A stretch of DNA of 64,000 nt from Vicugna vicugna. Lineage: Eukaryota. The notes under the pieces are model-generated. The model worked only from the letters and a program-made list of their open reading frames with translations, made no database searches and had not been told where the DNA came from. Where the stretch lies: the NCBI GenBank assembly GCA_013265495.1, contig MU059002.1, forward strand, positions 248,001-312,000, written 5' to 3'. Shown here in pieces: positions 36,546 through 49,471 of the stretch. Made by a program: the position numbers and the translations under genes. Numbering within the stretch: position 1 is the first letter of the stretch; each line of letters starts with the position of its first letter.

Positions 36546-37406
36546 CCATTTCATTCACCCTCCTTCACTATATTTTCAATATAGCTGTAATTATGGAAAA
36601 CATATCATTTTAGATAATGTTGTCAGGAGGAGCATTTAGTCCCCTTGCTCTTGTCCCCATCCTGCCTCTGACCCATTGCATGTTTTCACAGGCATTAAGA
36701 AATTTGCTCAAGAAAATATTAAAATTCCTACAGACGTTTTGGAAACCATGATGGCTCCCTCACTTCTCAGATTCCAGTCTTTCTCTTAAATGTTTTGTAG
36801 AACTTCAATGAATTATAGATGAGAAAGATATAAAAACAGCAGAAATATTATGATGTAGGATACCGCTGCTTGTTTAGAATATTAAGAAATAAGGAGAAAA
36901 AGGCATTATCAATATTAAAAAAGTCTTAATTTTGCACATGTTCATAAATGTACACGTATTTTGAAGTATGTAGTACTTGGTGCAAATACATACCGAAATT
37001 TGCTAAGTAAAGTTCTCTTGGATCTGCTTTAGTTATTCTATTTGGAACATTTAAAATTATAATATTATCTATATGCAAATGAACACAATAATTTTAAAAG
37101 TGATTGAAAACAGGTGAATTTCTTTAGTAAGTGATTATTTCAATTCTACTTGGTATGTAGTTAAAGGGACAAACATTAACCTTGTGTATTTAAATTATTG
37201 CAAATGATTGAATTAAAAATTTCCAAACTGAGGAAGTGCTATTGAGGTTTTGACAGTTAAAAGGAAGAACTAAGACTGTTTTTCTTGGTTTAGACATGAG
37301 AAGGGTATTTAGGTGACTCCGTATTGACCCCTGTGGGGATTTCTATTTCCTCAGAGAAGCCATGGAACCCAATGTCATTCCTTAAATCAGGAAGGTCATT
37401 CCTTAC

Positions 37407-37463
37407 CTTTGGCCTTCCAAGTAAGTCCAGAGTGACCCATTTCCTTGCTCACCTTGATTGGTT
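37407..37463 (-). other. Candidate 57-nt exon
   Basis: catctttctttcccatggattctag|AACCAATC...GGCCAAAG|gtaagg. Open in two frames. An internal donor AAG|gtgagc would give an 11-nt exon. Confidence 0.2.
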
Positions 37464-37537
37464 CTAGAATCCATGGGAAAGAAAGATGGCCTGCTGAGGG
37501 ATCAGTTGGGCTAATTTGGTGTTAAAAAGACCACTCG

Positions 37538-38511
37538 TTTTTTTTACTTTTCTTAATTCAAAGTATAGCTGCTGTACAATATTATATGTCACAGGTGTAC
37601 AATATAGTGATTAATGATTTCAAAGGTTATACTCCATTTATAGTTATTATAAAATATTGGTTATATTCCCCCTGTTGTACAATATATCCTCATAGCTTAT
37701 TTTATATCTAATAGTTTGTAGCTCTTACTCCCCTACCCCTATATCTCCTCTACACCCTCCCTCTCCCCATTGGTAACACTAGTTTTTTCTCTGTATCTGT
37801 GAATCTGCTTCTTTATTTTGTTATATTCACTAGTTTGTTATATTTTTTAGATTCCACATGTAGGTGATATCATACAACATTTGTCTTTCTCTGTCTGACT
37901 TATATCACTTAGCATAACGCCCTCCAACTCCATCCATGTTGCTGCAAATGGCAGATTTTGTTCTTTTTTATAGCAGAGTAGTATTCCTTTGTGGAATCTT
38001 CTTTATTCATTCATATGTTGATGGACACATAGGTTGCTTCCATATCTTGCCAATTATAAATAAGGCTGCTGTGAACATTGGGGTGTGTGTGTCTTTTTGA
38101 ATTAGTGGGTTTTTTTTCCAGTTATATATCCAGGAGTGNNNNNNNNNNNNNNNNNNNNNNNNNNNNNNNNNNNNNNNNNNNNNNNNNNNNNNNNNNNNNN
38201 NNNNNNNNNNNNNNNNNNNNNNNNNNNNNNNNNNNNNNNNNNNNNNNNNNNNNNNNNNNNNNNNNNNNNNNNNNNNNNNNNNNNNNNNNNNTCTTGATGA
38301 TAGCCATTCTGATAGGTGTGAGGTGATATCTCATTGTGGTTTTGATTTGCATGTCCCTGGTAATTAGTGATGTTGCACATATTTTCATGTGTCTGTCGGC
38401 CATCTGCATTTCCTCTTTGGAAAAGTGTCTGTTCAGTTCTTTTGTCCTTTTTTTGTGTGTGTGTGATGTTGAGTTGTAGGAGCTGTATACATATGTTGGA
38501 TAGTAATCCCT
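37538..38511 (-). mobile_element. 5'-truncated L1 (L1_Art/L1MA9-like): ORF2 C-terminus plus 3' UTR
   Basis: Minus-strand ORF '[39 protein letters not shown]' is the L1 ORF2p C-terminal motif, followed by a typical 3' UTR and A-tail (T-run at 37538). Confidence 0.92.
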
Positions 38512-39739
38512 CGTGGAGGGACCACCCCTTTCTAAACTACCCTTGTCTTACTGATTTATCCCTTAGAGACAAAGGAAGAATGGCAACATGTTACACACCA
38601 TAAACATACAAACAAACATATTACTCCTGTGTTGGATCAGAATAACTCAGATGGTGCATATCCCAACAAGGCTCCAGAGACTGGTGGGGATTGATTAAGT
38701 AGGTTTTGGATGCTTCTCTTGATTCTGGCCGAGTGTATCCCTTCTGGATTTTCTCCTTGAATCGTCTTTCTCTTCTTTTACAACTTTTCAGTGTTTTCAG
38801 CCCTCTCTCAACAAAAGCAACCAGATATGACATCAGGAGAGCTAGCGTATCAAAATAGTGCCATATCTGTCTCTTGGGGTGACTTCCGGAGTCTAGCCCT
38901 CTACTTGATAAGGTTGGGGCCTGAGAGTGGGGTTTGGTGATAGAGGTGAAGGGCCAGTGCATTTGACTGGCAGAAGAGTAAGCCCATTAAAAAAATGTTA
39001 TCATCATATTCTGTAAAGAGCTGCATAGGTCTTTCTTTATGATCTGACAACTAATCTTTTGATCATGTCTGGAACAGAAAGATTCTTGCTCTTATAACTT
39101 TTCATTATAAGCCCAGCAACTGTTATATTAGCACATTACCTAAAAAGTTGTTGAAAAGACCTATTTGGGAGCATATCCTCAGAAGCCCCTCTCTCTACTC
39201 ACGCCCATCCACTTTGAAATTTCTTTCTCTGGTCACTGTCTCCACTGTTGTTATTGTACTGTTTTCTCTTCTCCCTGGTTCTCTTGTTAGGGTCATGGAG
39301 GGTGTCAGAGGAAGGAAAAGACCTTTATGGGATCTACTTTGGCTGTGAATGCCTAATAGCAAAAGCAGTCAGGCGTCTTGCACTCTGAAGATTTATATAC
39401 CACTAGGATATCTAGCCCTTGCTGTATTAATAGAGTGTCTGTCTCCTTCCTAGTCTTGAGTGACATTTCAGGAAACCTCTTCTGTTATCATACACTCAGG
39501 GAATGCCTGCAACCAACCAGGCAGTTAGGGGTGATAGAGTGAGGAGCACATACAGTCATACTGAAGAAAGAAGATGCTTGCTGACATTAGGTACTAGACT
39601 CCTTCAACTAGGAAGGCAGAAGAGAGGAAGGATTTATCAAAGGGCAAAGAAATTCATGCTTAGGAACAAAGTGACCTTTGTGCATAGCTAAATCCACTCA
39701 GCTGCTGAGAACAGACACGTCCAACTCTACGAGTTCCAC

Positions 39740-40330
39740 AAAATGACCTGGGATTCCTTCCTTTCTTATTGTGTACACAAATTTTACTGTGCTGTACAAA
39801 CTCTTCTGAACTGTGCTTTTAAACTCATCATATTTTGGGAATTGTTTCATAATATTACATAAAGAGCTGCATAGGTCTTTCAATGATGCTGTAGTATTTT
39901 ATAATTTTGATGTACTATAATATTTAAAATCCTCTATTATTAAATATTTAAATTACTTCCAATATGCAAATATGGCTTTTGCGGGGAAATGCTCTAAATA
40001 AATTCTTGTGCATATATCTCTGCATGTATTTGTAAGTGTATTTGCAGCATAGTTTTCTGGAAGTGGAATTGCTGGGCCAAGAGTAGGAAAATACTTTAAT
40101 TTGGAAAAATATTGCCAAATCATCTTTCGTTAAGAACATGTCAGGTTACACTTCCATCTTCATCACACAGGAATACCTGTTTCCTCACTTCTTTTGCCAA
40201 CATGCCAACCAGATGTTATCAAGTATTTTGATCTTTGCCAATATAATAGCTAAATCATGGAATCTTGTATAGTTTTAATTTGTATTTCTCTTATTATTGA
40301 TATTTAATATCTTTTCAAACACTTAACAAT
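39740..40330 (-). mobile_element. L1ME fragment
   Basis: 'cttgtgcatatatctctgcatgta...tggaagtggaattgctgggccaagagt...atattgccaaat...ttacacttcc...gttatcaagtattttgatctttgccaatataatag'. Confidence 0.75.
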
Positions 40331-40844
40331 CATTTTTCTTTCCTTATCCTTGAACTTCTTCTGTCTTTTGTCAGTTTGTGCTTTTTGTCTTTAAAAAAAT
40401 TAAGTCAGTTAATGGTTTATCTATTTTATTTGTTTTTTCAAAGAACCAGATCTTGAATTTAATTATTAGTAATTTAACATTACTAATATTTTTTTTCTAA
40501 TTTCCAAGTCAGTGATTGCTGTTTTTATCTGCATTACTTCTTCCTTCTGTGTTGGTTTTCTAAAAAATATGAAATGAAACAAGACTGGCAAAAATGATGA
40601 AAATAACAGATGCTGGGGGATGAGTACAGGGGAGTTTATTATAACATCTTTTATCCTTTTGTGTTTGTTAGAAACACTGTAGAATAAATGAACACACTGA
40701 TCAAGCTCTGTGCAGATTAATCTGAAAACCTTGCAAAGTAAATAATTTTCTTGAAAAAATATAAATTAAAAAAAGCTTGTTGCTTTTTCTCTGTCCCCTT
40801 TTGCCCTCTTTTTAAAACTATGTGCTTACTATAATTAAAAAAAT

Positions 40845-41495
40845 ACACTTTTAATTTAAAAATTTACGTTTACAGAGAAATGGCAAAGATAGTACAGAGA
40901 GTTTCTGTATACCCCTACTCACTGTCTCCCATTGTTACATCATACACTAGCATGGTACACTTGTCAAAACTAGGAAACCCACAGTGGCCCATTACTACCA
41001 GTTAAATAGCCAACTTTTTTTGAACTTCATCAGTTTTTCCATGAATGTCCTCTTTCTGTTCCAGGACCCAATCCAGAGTGCCATATTGTACATGGTTGTC
41101 ATATCTCCTGAGTCTCCTCCAGTCTTTGACAGCTTTTCAGCCTTACCTTATTTTTAATGACCTTGACAGTCTTGAGGAGTACTGGCCAGATACCCTGTAG
41201 AAAGCTCCCCAGTCTGGGTGTATCTGATGTTTTCCCCATGATTAGACAGGGGTTATGGGATTTTAATAAACAGCACAGAAATGAAGTGCCCTCCTCATCA
41301 TATTTTATCAGGGCATCCATGATGTTACCATGACAACACTGGGAAGGTGAACCTTCACCATCTGATTAATGTAGTGTCTATACCAGGTCCCTCTGTTGCA
41401 CCTTTCCCCTTTTCCTACTCTATTCTCTGGAGCTCCGTCACTAAGTCTAGTTCCCTCTAAAGGGAGAATAATGGTGGGAATTAAGCTGTACCTCC
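40845..41495 (-). mobile_element. L1MB/L1MC 3' end
   Basis: 'tttacagagaaatggcaaagatagtacagagagtttctgtatacc...ttccaggacccaatccagag...gaccttgacagtcttgaggagtactggccaga...tgaagtgccctcctcatcatat'. Confidence 0.85.
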
Positions 41496-41559
41496 CAGCA
41501 CCTTGAGACCTCACATGGCCGTTGAACTTACCTGTCATGTGCTTCGGCAGAACTTCTGG

Positions 41560-44085
41560 TTTTAGCTGCTCTTCCCGGACTGGACCAGCTTTCTTTTCAG
41601 TAAATACCTGTTGGCTATTTTGGGGTTCTCTTGTTCTTGGATCCGTATAAGTTCTTTTGCTTAGGCTGATTTTGTGGCTACTGGTGGTTTTTCCCTACCC
41701 ATTTATATTTTGGCATTTGTGGTTTGTTGTAATTGTTGCCTTTGAGTGTTTGGTTTATCAGCTTGTTCCTTTGTTTTTATGTGGAGATTCTGAGAAATCC
41801 AAAAACCGTGCTTCCTTCTGCTTCTGTTTTGTCTTCGTGAGTTTTCGTGATGCTGTGTTACTTTGCATAGATACTCTGCCTGCTAGATCTTTATGGAGTG
41901 TGACCTTTACAATGAGAAACTTTTTAATGCTAGGAATGCATTTTAAAAATACTGGAATCATAAAATTTTCTCCTCCTTCCTCTTTTTCCTCCCTCTCTCC
42001 TTCTTTCTCTTTCTTTTTTGGAAGGAAAAGATTCCTTCCACCACCATTCGTTTTTCTTTCTTTTTCATTTTCCAGCCTTGCTTTTTACCACTGGAATCAC
42101 TCTGTTTTAGAGGTCGGTCTTGTATAATGCTTATAGCCGGGTTCCGTCTTGTTATGTGTACCTGAGTATATACGATTATTCCATTTATAGTTATTAATGA
42201 CATATTTTTGGACTCATTGCTGGTACCATGTTATATGTTAGAAAAAATTGAAGTTTTCTTTGTTTAGTTTTGTTTCTGGTTTATTTTCTGATCCATTTGC
42301 TCTTTACTTGGTATATATTCAAATAACAACTTGGAAGTTTTATGTGATTTTATGAATATCATGGAATTATCCTTATAGTTACAGTCTAACGTAATATACT
42401 TAATTCTCACCTATATGAACAAAGACAAATAAGTATGGCTGCAATTTTTTCCTATCCTTTTCTTCTTCCTGACTACCCTGATTTTTGCTGATTATATTAT
42501 CTTTTTGTTTTCCTGGTGTTTACTTTGAACCTTTCAGTGTATATACTTCTATTACTGGATTAATCAGAATTAAATAATATATTTTAATTTCTACCAGTGA
42601 ACTTTCATTTCATTCTGACTTTCAGTTATTATCTCCAAGCTTTTGTTATTAAATAAAATCAGAAGAAATGGATATTTTTAGAGGGTAAGATGACATAATA
42701 TTGACAGTTTCATATTATTGGATCACTATCCAAATAACTAGTTCTTTAAATTTACTTTTCTGAAGTATGTCTTGATGTTTATCTCTCTAATTCATTATTT
42801 ATTGGGATGTGGTATAACCACTCAATATGTAGTTTTAAGTCTAATTTTATTTAAGATAATTATCTTGAATTATATCTTGGATTTTTTTATTCTCTTCAAT
42901 TGATTCTCTTTTTTCAGGAACAAAAAATGTTTGAATTTAGTATCTCCTTTGTTTTATACTACATCTTCTATTTCCTGCCCAATCGTATAAAACTCTTCAT
43001 TCATATGTATTTTATTTAATTCTCTTTCCTCAGCTCTATGTTTTCTGCAGTGTCTGTTCTCCTTATGATGTTTTCATGCTAGCCTTGATTTCTGTGATGG
43101 TTTTATTTTTCTCTTCCACTTCTTTCCTGAGCTCTGGGTACTTCATGTGTAATTTCCTTCTGATATCTGATCATTTTTTCCCTCTTGAATGTTTGTATCT
43201 TATCTTTGTGCTCTTGTTCTAAAATGACATTTATTCTGCTTATCTCTCTAAAATCCTGGATGTGTGTTTGATATTTCCATCTGCTTCATTGTAATATTTT
43301 TTATGAGGTGCTTTTTTGTTTTTTGCTTCTTTTGTATTTTACTGTTGCATCTCTGACTAGACTTAATTCCTTTTTTCAGTATATTTTTACTGAAGTTTGG
43401 TCAGTTTACAATGTTGTATCAATTTCTGGTGTACAGCACAATCCTTCATTCTTACAGGAACATACATCTATTCGTTGCTATTCCTTTTTATTATCACTCA
43501 TCTTTGAATGATGAACCAGATACTTGGAGGTGCTTTATGTTAGTGGTATTCTAGGGTGGCAGGAGACCTTGCTGGTGCACAGTAAAACTCCTTATGATTT
43601 AGGGTTTTGAGTGTCAGTAAGTTGATGCTTCTATCTCTGAGGCTGACAGAGTTTAACATCTCCTCAAACTTTAGAACCACTCCTCTCTCCTGTCACAGTA
43701 ACATATTCTTTCAACGAATGATGGTAAGTCTATGTGTTCCTTTTTTAATCCTGGTCCCTTTTGTTATTCTTGGCTCCTAAAAGGGATCCAGGCAAGGTCT
43801 CACCCTTACCGTACCTCTTACTCTGTTGCTTCTAACTTAGAGGGCACCGCCTGCTTTGGTTTCTATGACCTCCAGGGGCAGTTTTCCCCTCAGTGTGTCC
43901 TTTGCTCTAGACTACTATTTGCTAAATTTGGGGACTCTTTCTCATACAACTTGGTTCTCAATTACAGATTTCATTCCAGTTGAGGTTTGCCTTTCTATCT
44001 CCTAAATGTCTTGTTTTTACATGATTTCAAAGAGGAATAGATGGTGGAGACATCTTAATTTTTGCCATTTAAAACTGGAGTTCTC
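41560..44085 (-). mobile_element. Probable HAL1 (ORF1-only L1 derivative), long decayed copy
   Basis: Extended T-rich plus strand. 'gccttgatttctgtgatggttttatttttctcttccacttctttcctgagctctg' and the terminal 'ttttgccatttaaaactggagttc' resemble the HAL1 ORF1 region and 5' end. Could instead be an old L1M 5' region. Confidence 0.5.
43370..43495 (-). mobile_element. Camelid-type L1 3' tail inserted in the HAL1-like element
   Basis: 'tttttactgaagtttggtcagtttacaatgttgtatcaatttctggtgtacagca...tattcgtt'; same family as 60813-61053. Confidence 0.8.
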
Positions 44086-45029
44086 TGCATCATTCACTTT
44101 TACAATTTGTTATGTGCATTTAGAATGAGATTCAGAAGGAAATTCAGATTCATTCTCCTAAGTGACTTCAGACAGAGGGAGAACCATTCAGGATAAAAGA
44201 TACTCAATAAAGTAGATCAAACAATTTTTAACCTAAATATGACCTGTTGGCTAATTGTGGGCTAGACTAGCTTCCTTGGATTAATGAAGGGTGTAAGGAA
44301 ATCTAGTGCTGATATGTTTTAAAAATTTACTTATGAATAGCTTTTAAAAGTGAAGCTTCACTAAAGTTGTGAGAGATATTTAAGAATGTCTAGCTTAAAT
44401 CTCATACTTATTAATGAGAAAACTGAAGCTTGGAGAGCTTTGTTGTTTCACATCTAGTGAGTATCAGAGTGAGTTCTAGACTAGCAGTGCTCCTAATTCA
44501 GTTGTATGTGTAGCTTTATTGTTTTTGCCATATCTGCATATTACTTAAAATTTTTACAGAATATTTTCTCTAATCTGATTCATATATTTTATTAAGATAA
44601 ATTTATATAAAGAAGAAATTATATATAAATGTTGATACAGATTCTAAATATTTGGTAAACATTAACTTCCAACATCCTGTGATTTCCTCCATATCCAGCA
44701 CTCTGAGAATCTAGTCTCTGATTTAGTGTCTGGCTATTCTCGCCATTGGTCACCTTGACATTTGAGTTCCTGTATGTCCAGAGATGAGGTTTTGTGGGCA
44801 GAAATACTTTATATCCTTTCTATGAAACTGGATTAGCTTTATTCTTTTCTTTGTCTAATCAAATCATCTCACCTCTACTTACTTCCCTACTAAGACCGAC
44901 TTTTCTCTCTTCATTGGTATTCAGTCCTTTCACTATGGAGCTAGAAACCATCTTGGAATCCACCTTTCTTCATTTCACTGGTGAACAAACTTATCAGAAG
45001 ATTAAGTTGACAGTAAAATGTTATGCAGC

Positions 45030-45310
45030 CTAGGCGAAGACCTGGGCTCTCATCTCATCCTCTTGTTAGTCTGTGACCTTACAAACTTCACTTAACCTCT
45101 CTGTAAGTCTCAGGTTCTTCACTTGAAAAATGAGGATAATAATACCTATTTTAGAAGATTTGGTGAGGATTAAAAAATATAATGAATATGAAAACACTGA
45201 GTGTGGTGCTTGGTACATGATACTTGATCAACAAAGTGCTGTTATGACTGTTGTTACCATTGTTGTTATCAGTAGTAGTAACTGTTGTTGTTGTTATTAA
45301 CAGTAGTAGT
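45030..45310 (+). mobile_element. MIRb with an expanded TGT/AGT tail
   Basis: 'tgtgaccttacaaacttcacttaacctctctg...aaaatgaggataataatacctat...ggtgaggattaaa...gtgcttggtacatg'. Confidence 0.8.
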
Positions 45311-46130
45311 GTTTGTGTCTCCTCCTCCTCCTCATCCTACTGCTGCTACCAGGTCTCATAGTTAGTGTGATTGTAGTGTGCTCTGATGGGGTGGCAAGGG
45401 GTCAGGAACGGCCTAGAGGGAGGAAGCCCGTATCTCAGGGAAGGCACGGAGGGCCAGGCAGCAATCATGATACCCCAGTCAGGCAAGAGGAGGGTAGGTG
45501 ACATGAAAAGAAGAATGAGAATGGAAGTCCAATGGTAATGATAAAATTAATAATAAAAGGTAAAGTTCCTTACATTCATAGAGACGATTACTGTTGCAGA
45601 GGAGGCAATAAACCCTGGAGACAAAGAATATGGGAAAAGGAAAAATGTGGAAGAAAAAACTTGAAAAAACATGAAAGAAAAAAACTTCAGTTTCATTTCA
45701 CAGACTTCTAGATCTCTGCTGATGATACCAAGACGTTTTGGGCCTGGGTAACATGTTTGGACTTTTCTTAAATATTGTACATTGATGAACTGCCCAGTGG
45801 GGTTTTAAGGAATAAAAATATGAACATCCCTTAAATTTTTAATATTTTGTCTCCTATCCATGCTCAGCAACTTGTCATTTTCAGAGAGCAAATCACTTTA
45901 TTTGAATTTCTGTATAAGGGGATATTACATGTTCCATCAAGACCACGGAGTTCCCAGTTGTGTGACTGGATTAAAATGGCCTTTGTCCATCTGAAATCAA
46001 TGAAGGTCACTGCCCGCCCTATTGTTACCACATCCAAAGGTACATAGTAACATATGTGAGAAGAGCAGATCCTTATGGGAAATTAAGATTGTGGTTTGAT
46101 GCACAGTTGTGTCAGCCACCCTTTCTTTAC

Positions 46131-46229
46131 CTTGATCTTCTCAGCCAGGCATCATATAAGAAATGGCACAGCTCTGGACCAATTAAGCCTTTCTCTGGAT
46201 CTTAACAGTCCCTCCCTGAGGGGATTCGT
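46131..46229 (-). other. Candidate non-coding exon (99 nt)
   Basis: cctaatgttcttcttgttcag|ACGAATC...GATCAAG|gtaaag. Stops in all three frames. Confidence 0.2.
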
Positions 46230-47882
46230 CTGAACAAGAAGAACATTAGGGAATCTGCTGTTTTAACGTCAAGCTACTTCAGAAATTTTGATCATATCTG
46301 TCTTGGTGTTCAAACATCCCTTAGTAAGTGGTCGTTAAACCCACCCCTCTGCCTCTCCCACAGTCTTCTTTTCCAGTACATTTTCTTGGCACTGCGTGAT
46401 AGAAATATCCCCAAACCTTCGCACATTTCAAAAATATGCTGTACCCTGAATAAGTCTCACAAAGAAAATGTTGACAGACTTTGCATCAGGCCCATAAAAT
46501 TCAAACCTAAAAAAAATTATGGGCCTGGGTCAAAGAAGCTATTTCCAAGAAAACAGTTGGACTCCGTGCAAAGGATTTTTGACACAGAACATACTCTTCT
46601 TTTAGACAATCAGTGGGAGACTAGCTGGTCCCCAGCCATGCATAAATCTGTCCTTGTACAATTGGTAGCAGTTCCTAATTGGGGAAAAGGAGGGGGAGAA
46701 TGGACTGGGCAGGGCAGACTGAGACTGGCAGGCAGGGCAGAGTCAGGAGGAAGAAGCCTAGTGCTTGCTGCCGCCCTTCCTGAACTCCTCCACCGCAGGC
46801 CTGTACCGAGAATAAATCACCACCTTCTCTGGAGCTCAGGAAATAAGATCATAAATAACAAGTGGATGTGCCCGAGTGCATTGTGGAATAGCTGGATATT
46901 GAGAGAAGAGCAGGACAAGCCTGGCCAGGCAGGGGGAAGGGCAAACAGTGCTGCATTTGCTGAATAGGGTGGAAAGCTGAGTGGCCCGATTCATTTTTAT
47001 GGAAACTCCTCCCCGTACCCTGACTATCCAGCCTGTGCTCTCCAGTAGGGGGAAAAAATCAATGCTCTTCACTCCTGATGGGTAATAAATTGTGAATAGC
47101 CTTGGGTGGGGGCATTCATGGCCCTCTGGAAGGCTCATTTCCAGGGTTCACGCTCCAGACTTCTCCCCCTGAACTTTCTTCTTCTGGGCTGGAACACTTA
47201 GTACCACCACCATTGGAAAGACTCTTTTGTAAATTTTTACTCCATTATGTTGCAATTTTAGCATCTCACGCATTTGGCACTTACAACATTTTTATAATGG
47301 TCTTTGGTTTATTTTTGGCTCAGTTTTACGGCTCTCTGCCAGGCCCAAACTTCTGCTGTGTAGCTGACCCAAAATAGTTTCAGAGGCTCAGATGCAACTT
47401 GATACCAGAATTTTCTCCTCACGTGTTTAAGTTAGCCCTGTACATTTTGAAGGCTCCACAAAAGTTTTCCTGGTTAGTTATTAGACTCATAAGGCATGTT
47501 GTCTCATTGCTGCATGAGGTGAGAATGTCCAGTGTCTCTGTGACTTGCAGGTAAATGGAAATAAAAGGTGCCTCTGCAGTGAGGCGCTTTCTACAAGTCA
47601 GGAAAAGTTCCTGATGCATAGAAATAGAAAGTGGGCTGACATTTAAAGGGATCTAAATCTGCTACACAGCTAGCGAGGCTGGTGAGCATCCTCGTGAATC
47701 TTCATCATCTGATCCCTCACGACATCCGCCACTGCCAGCGAACGGTAGCTGTTATTCTCAGATCCTGTATAATGTGCCAGACCCTTTACCATCTATGATC
47801 TTGTTAAACCGTCTCATGAAATGTTTATAATTGGGACAATTTTCACCACTATTTTATAGATAAGGGAATTTGTAGTTTAGAG

Positions 47883-48068
47883 CAATGATTTCCAAACTTA
47901 GCTATAGAATTCCTTGGCGGGGGGCTCTCAAAATTCCCAGTGCCTAGGCAGCAACCCAAACCAGTACACCAGAAGATCTGGGGGTAGAAACCAGGCATTA
48001 GTGTTTTTTAAAAATACTAACGAAAATGACAGGTGATTCCAATGTGCAGTCATGTTTGGGAACCACTG
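47883..48068 (-). mobile_element. MER5-family MITE inserted next to the core of a MIR (~47775-47880)
   Basis: Ends 'caatgatttccaaac' and 'tttgggaaccactg'. Flanks gtttagag/gcttagac (6/8 match) fit the Charlie NTCTAGAN 8-bp TSD. Confidence 0.75.
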
Positions 48069-48829
48069 GCTTAGACCCACCCAGCTAATAAACGATCTAA
48101 TGAAGGGGCCGTTGGAGTCCAACCCTTGCACTTTTCCTGATATACCAGGCTGCCTTTCACCCTTGTAAAATATGTACAAAATGGAGACCATGGACCCTGC
48201 TCTTAAGGAATTTATGTTCTGAAGAGGAAAATGATGTAAGGACGGATCCAATCAGTTTTAATCTGTGTGGTGTTGGTTGTGAATTTAGCAAAAGCTTGGG
48301 GGCTATCGAGCTAGCCTATCAAATGGGTCTACTTGCATCTGGCTGCCTTATCTGAAAGAAACTGAAAAACTCTCCCTGTGTGTCATTGGTGGCGTTAGAG
48401 AGAGCCATTCTGATGGACTGCCGGGGCTAGAGGCCAAACGGAAGTAGTTTGAGGAAATGGAGAGGGAGAAATAGACATCAGCTTCTCCCAAGATCATCCT
48501 GTCGCCTTGGTGAGAGGCAGGAAACCAAAGGTATAGTTCAGAAGATGCTTTTTATAGCAACAGGAGAGCTCCCACCTTCTCACAGGGTCCCAGGACCCCT
48601 GGCTGCGCCTTTCCCTCTGGAAGCTCAGATTTCTCAAGTCACCTCTAGGCTAAGTGAGTTAATTCTCCAATCCAAAATGAAAGCCACACGTGCTATCAGG
48701 ATGAGTGTACTTAGTGGGACAGGAAATTTAAAGTAGAGGATGTGTGCAAAATCTGGGCCATTCAGTAATTGTCTACATTGACATGGCTAGGTCCTGAAAG
48801 AAGGGACTTTGGTATGAGGTGTGCCACAG

Positions 48830-48970
48830 TGCCTGCCGTATACTCCTGTGTTAAAGAAATGGAGGTACAGCAACATAAGGAATTGTCTTATGTGGCAAGT
48901 GTCAGAGCTGGGATTTCAACTCGAGTGCTTTTCTCTGAGACTCCTGTTCTCTGGTCTACAGTGCCTTGTC
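48830..48970 (-). mobile_element. MIR fragment
   Basis: 'gtggcaagtgtcagagctgggatttcaactcgagtg'. Confidence 0.6.
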
Positions 48971-49471
48971 CACCAGCCCAGGGGAGAGTCTATCCCTGTA
49001 GGAGGTCAGTTCTTCTTTTGTCCTTGGTAAGACTGTAGAAGAAGGATTGGCATATATGGGCAATTTCCAAAAACAGGACTTCTTTCTAAGTATCTTCCCT
49101 CACCACTGAGATATTCCTCATCCTCCCCTCACTCCCAACAGATTATAGTACAGTTCCTCCATAATGGTTTTCTGTTCCACCATAAACATGGATATTATAT
49201 TCTTCTGAGCCATGAAAACTGTAAGGCTAATAACAACAGAAACAAATCAAAAGGAAACAATAGAACAGGGACATTTATTATACATTGTATTATATCTTGG
49301 ATATATGTTTACATATATGGAAAGTTTTGTTTTCTCATCCCTTCATATCAGTAAGACCAACATCTGATCTTGGGAGTTGTAGATGTTCTCTTGTTCTGAC
49401 AAACTCCCTTGGTAGTAAATTCTCCCTTTCTAGGGTTGTTGCCTTTATTTCACAGATGAGGAAATTGAGTC

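Noticed and set aside
37355-37420. Plus-strand 66-nt exon-like segment (ttctatttcctcag| ... CAA|gtaagt), open frame
   Set aside because: It overlaps the minus-strand candidate and has no plus-strand partners. It shows how readily pseudo-exons arise here and is one reason the minus-strand chain gets low confidence.
38102-38409. ORF with a genuine protein motif ([13 protein letters not shown])
   Set aside because: It is the C-terminus of L1 ORF2p in a truncated retrotransposon, not a host gene.
41657-42127. 156-aa hydrophobic ORF resembling a membrane protein
   Set aside because: It is a translation of the T-rich antisense strand of the HAL1/L1-like element, which yields F/L/V by composition.
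46386-46967. Longest ORF in the track (193 aa)
   Set aside because: Starts at TTG, has no recognisable domain or splice framing, and has random-like composition. An ORF this long is plausible by chance across six frames of 64 kb.
47423-47610. Minus-strand 188-nt open segment with an acceptor and a CAC|gtgagg donor
   Set aside because: Modest donor, phase does not fit the other candidates, and the peptide is unrecognisable.
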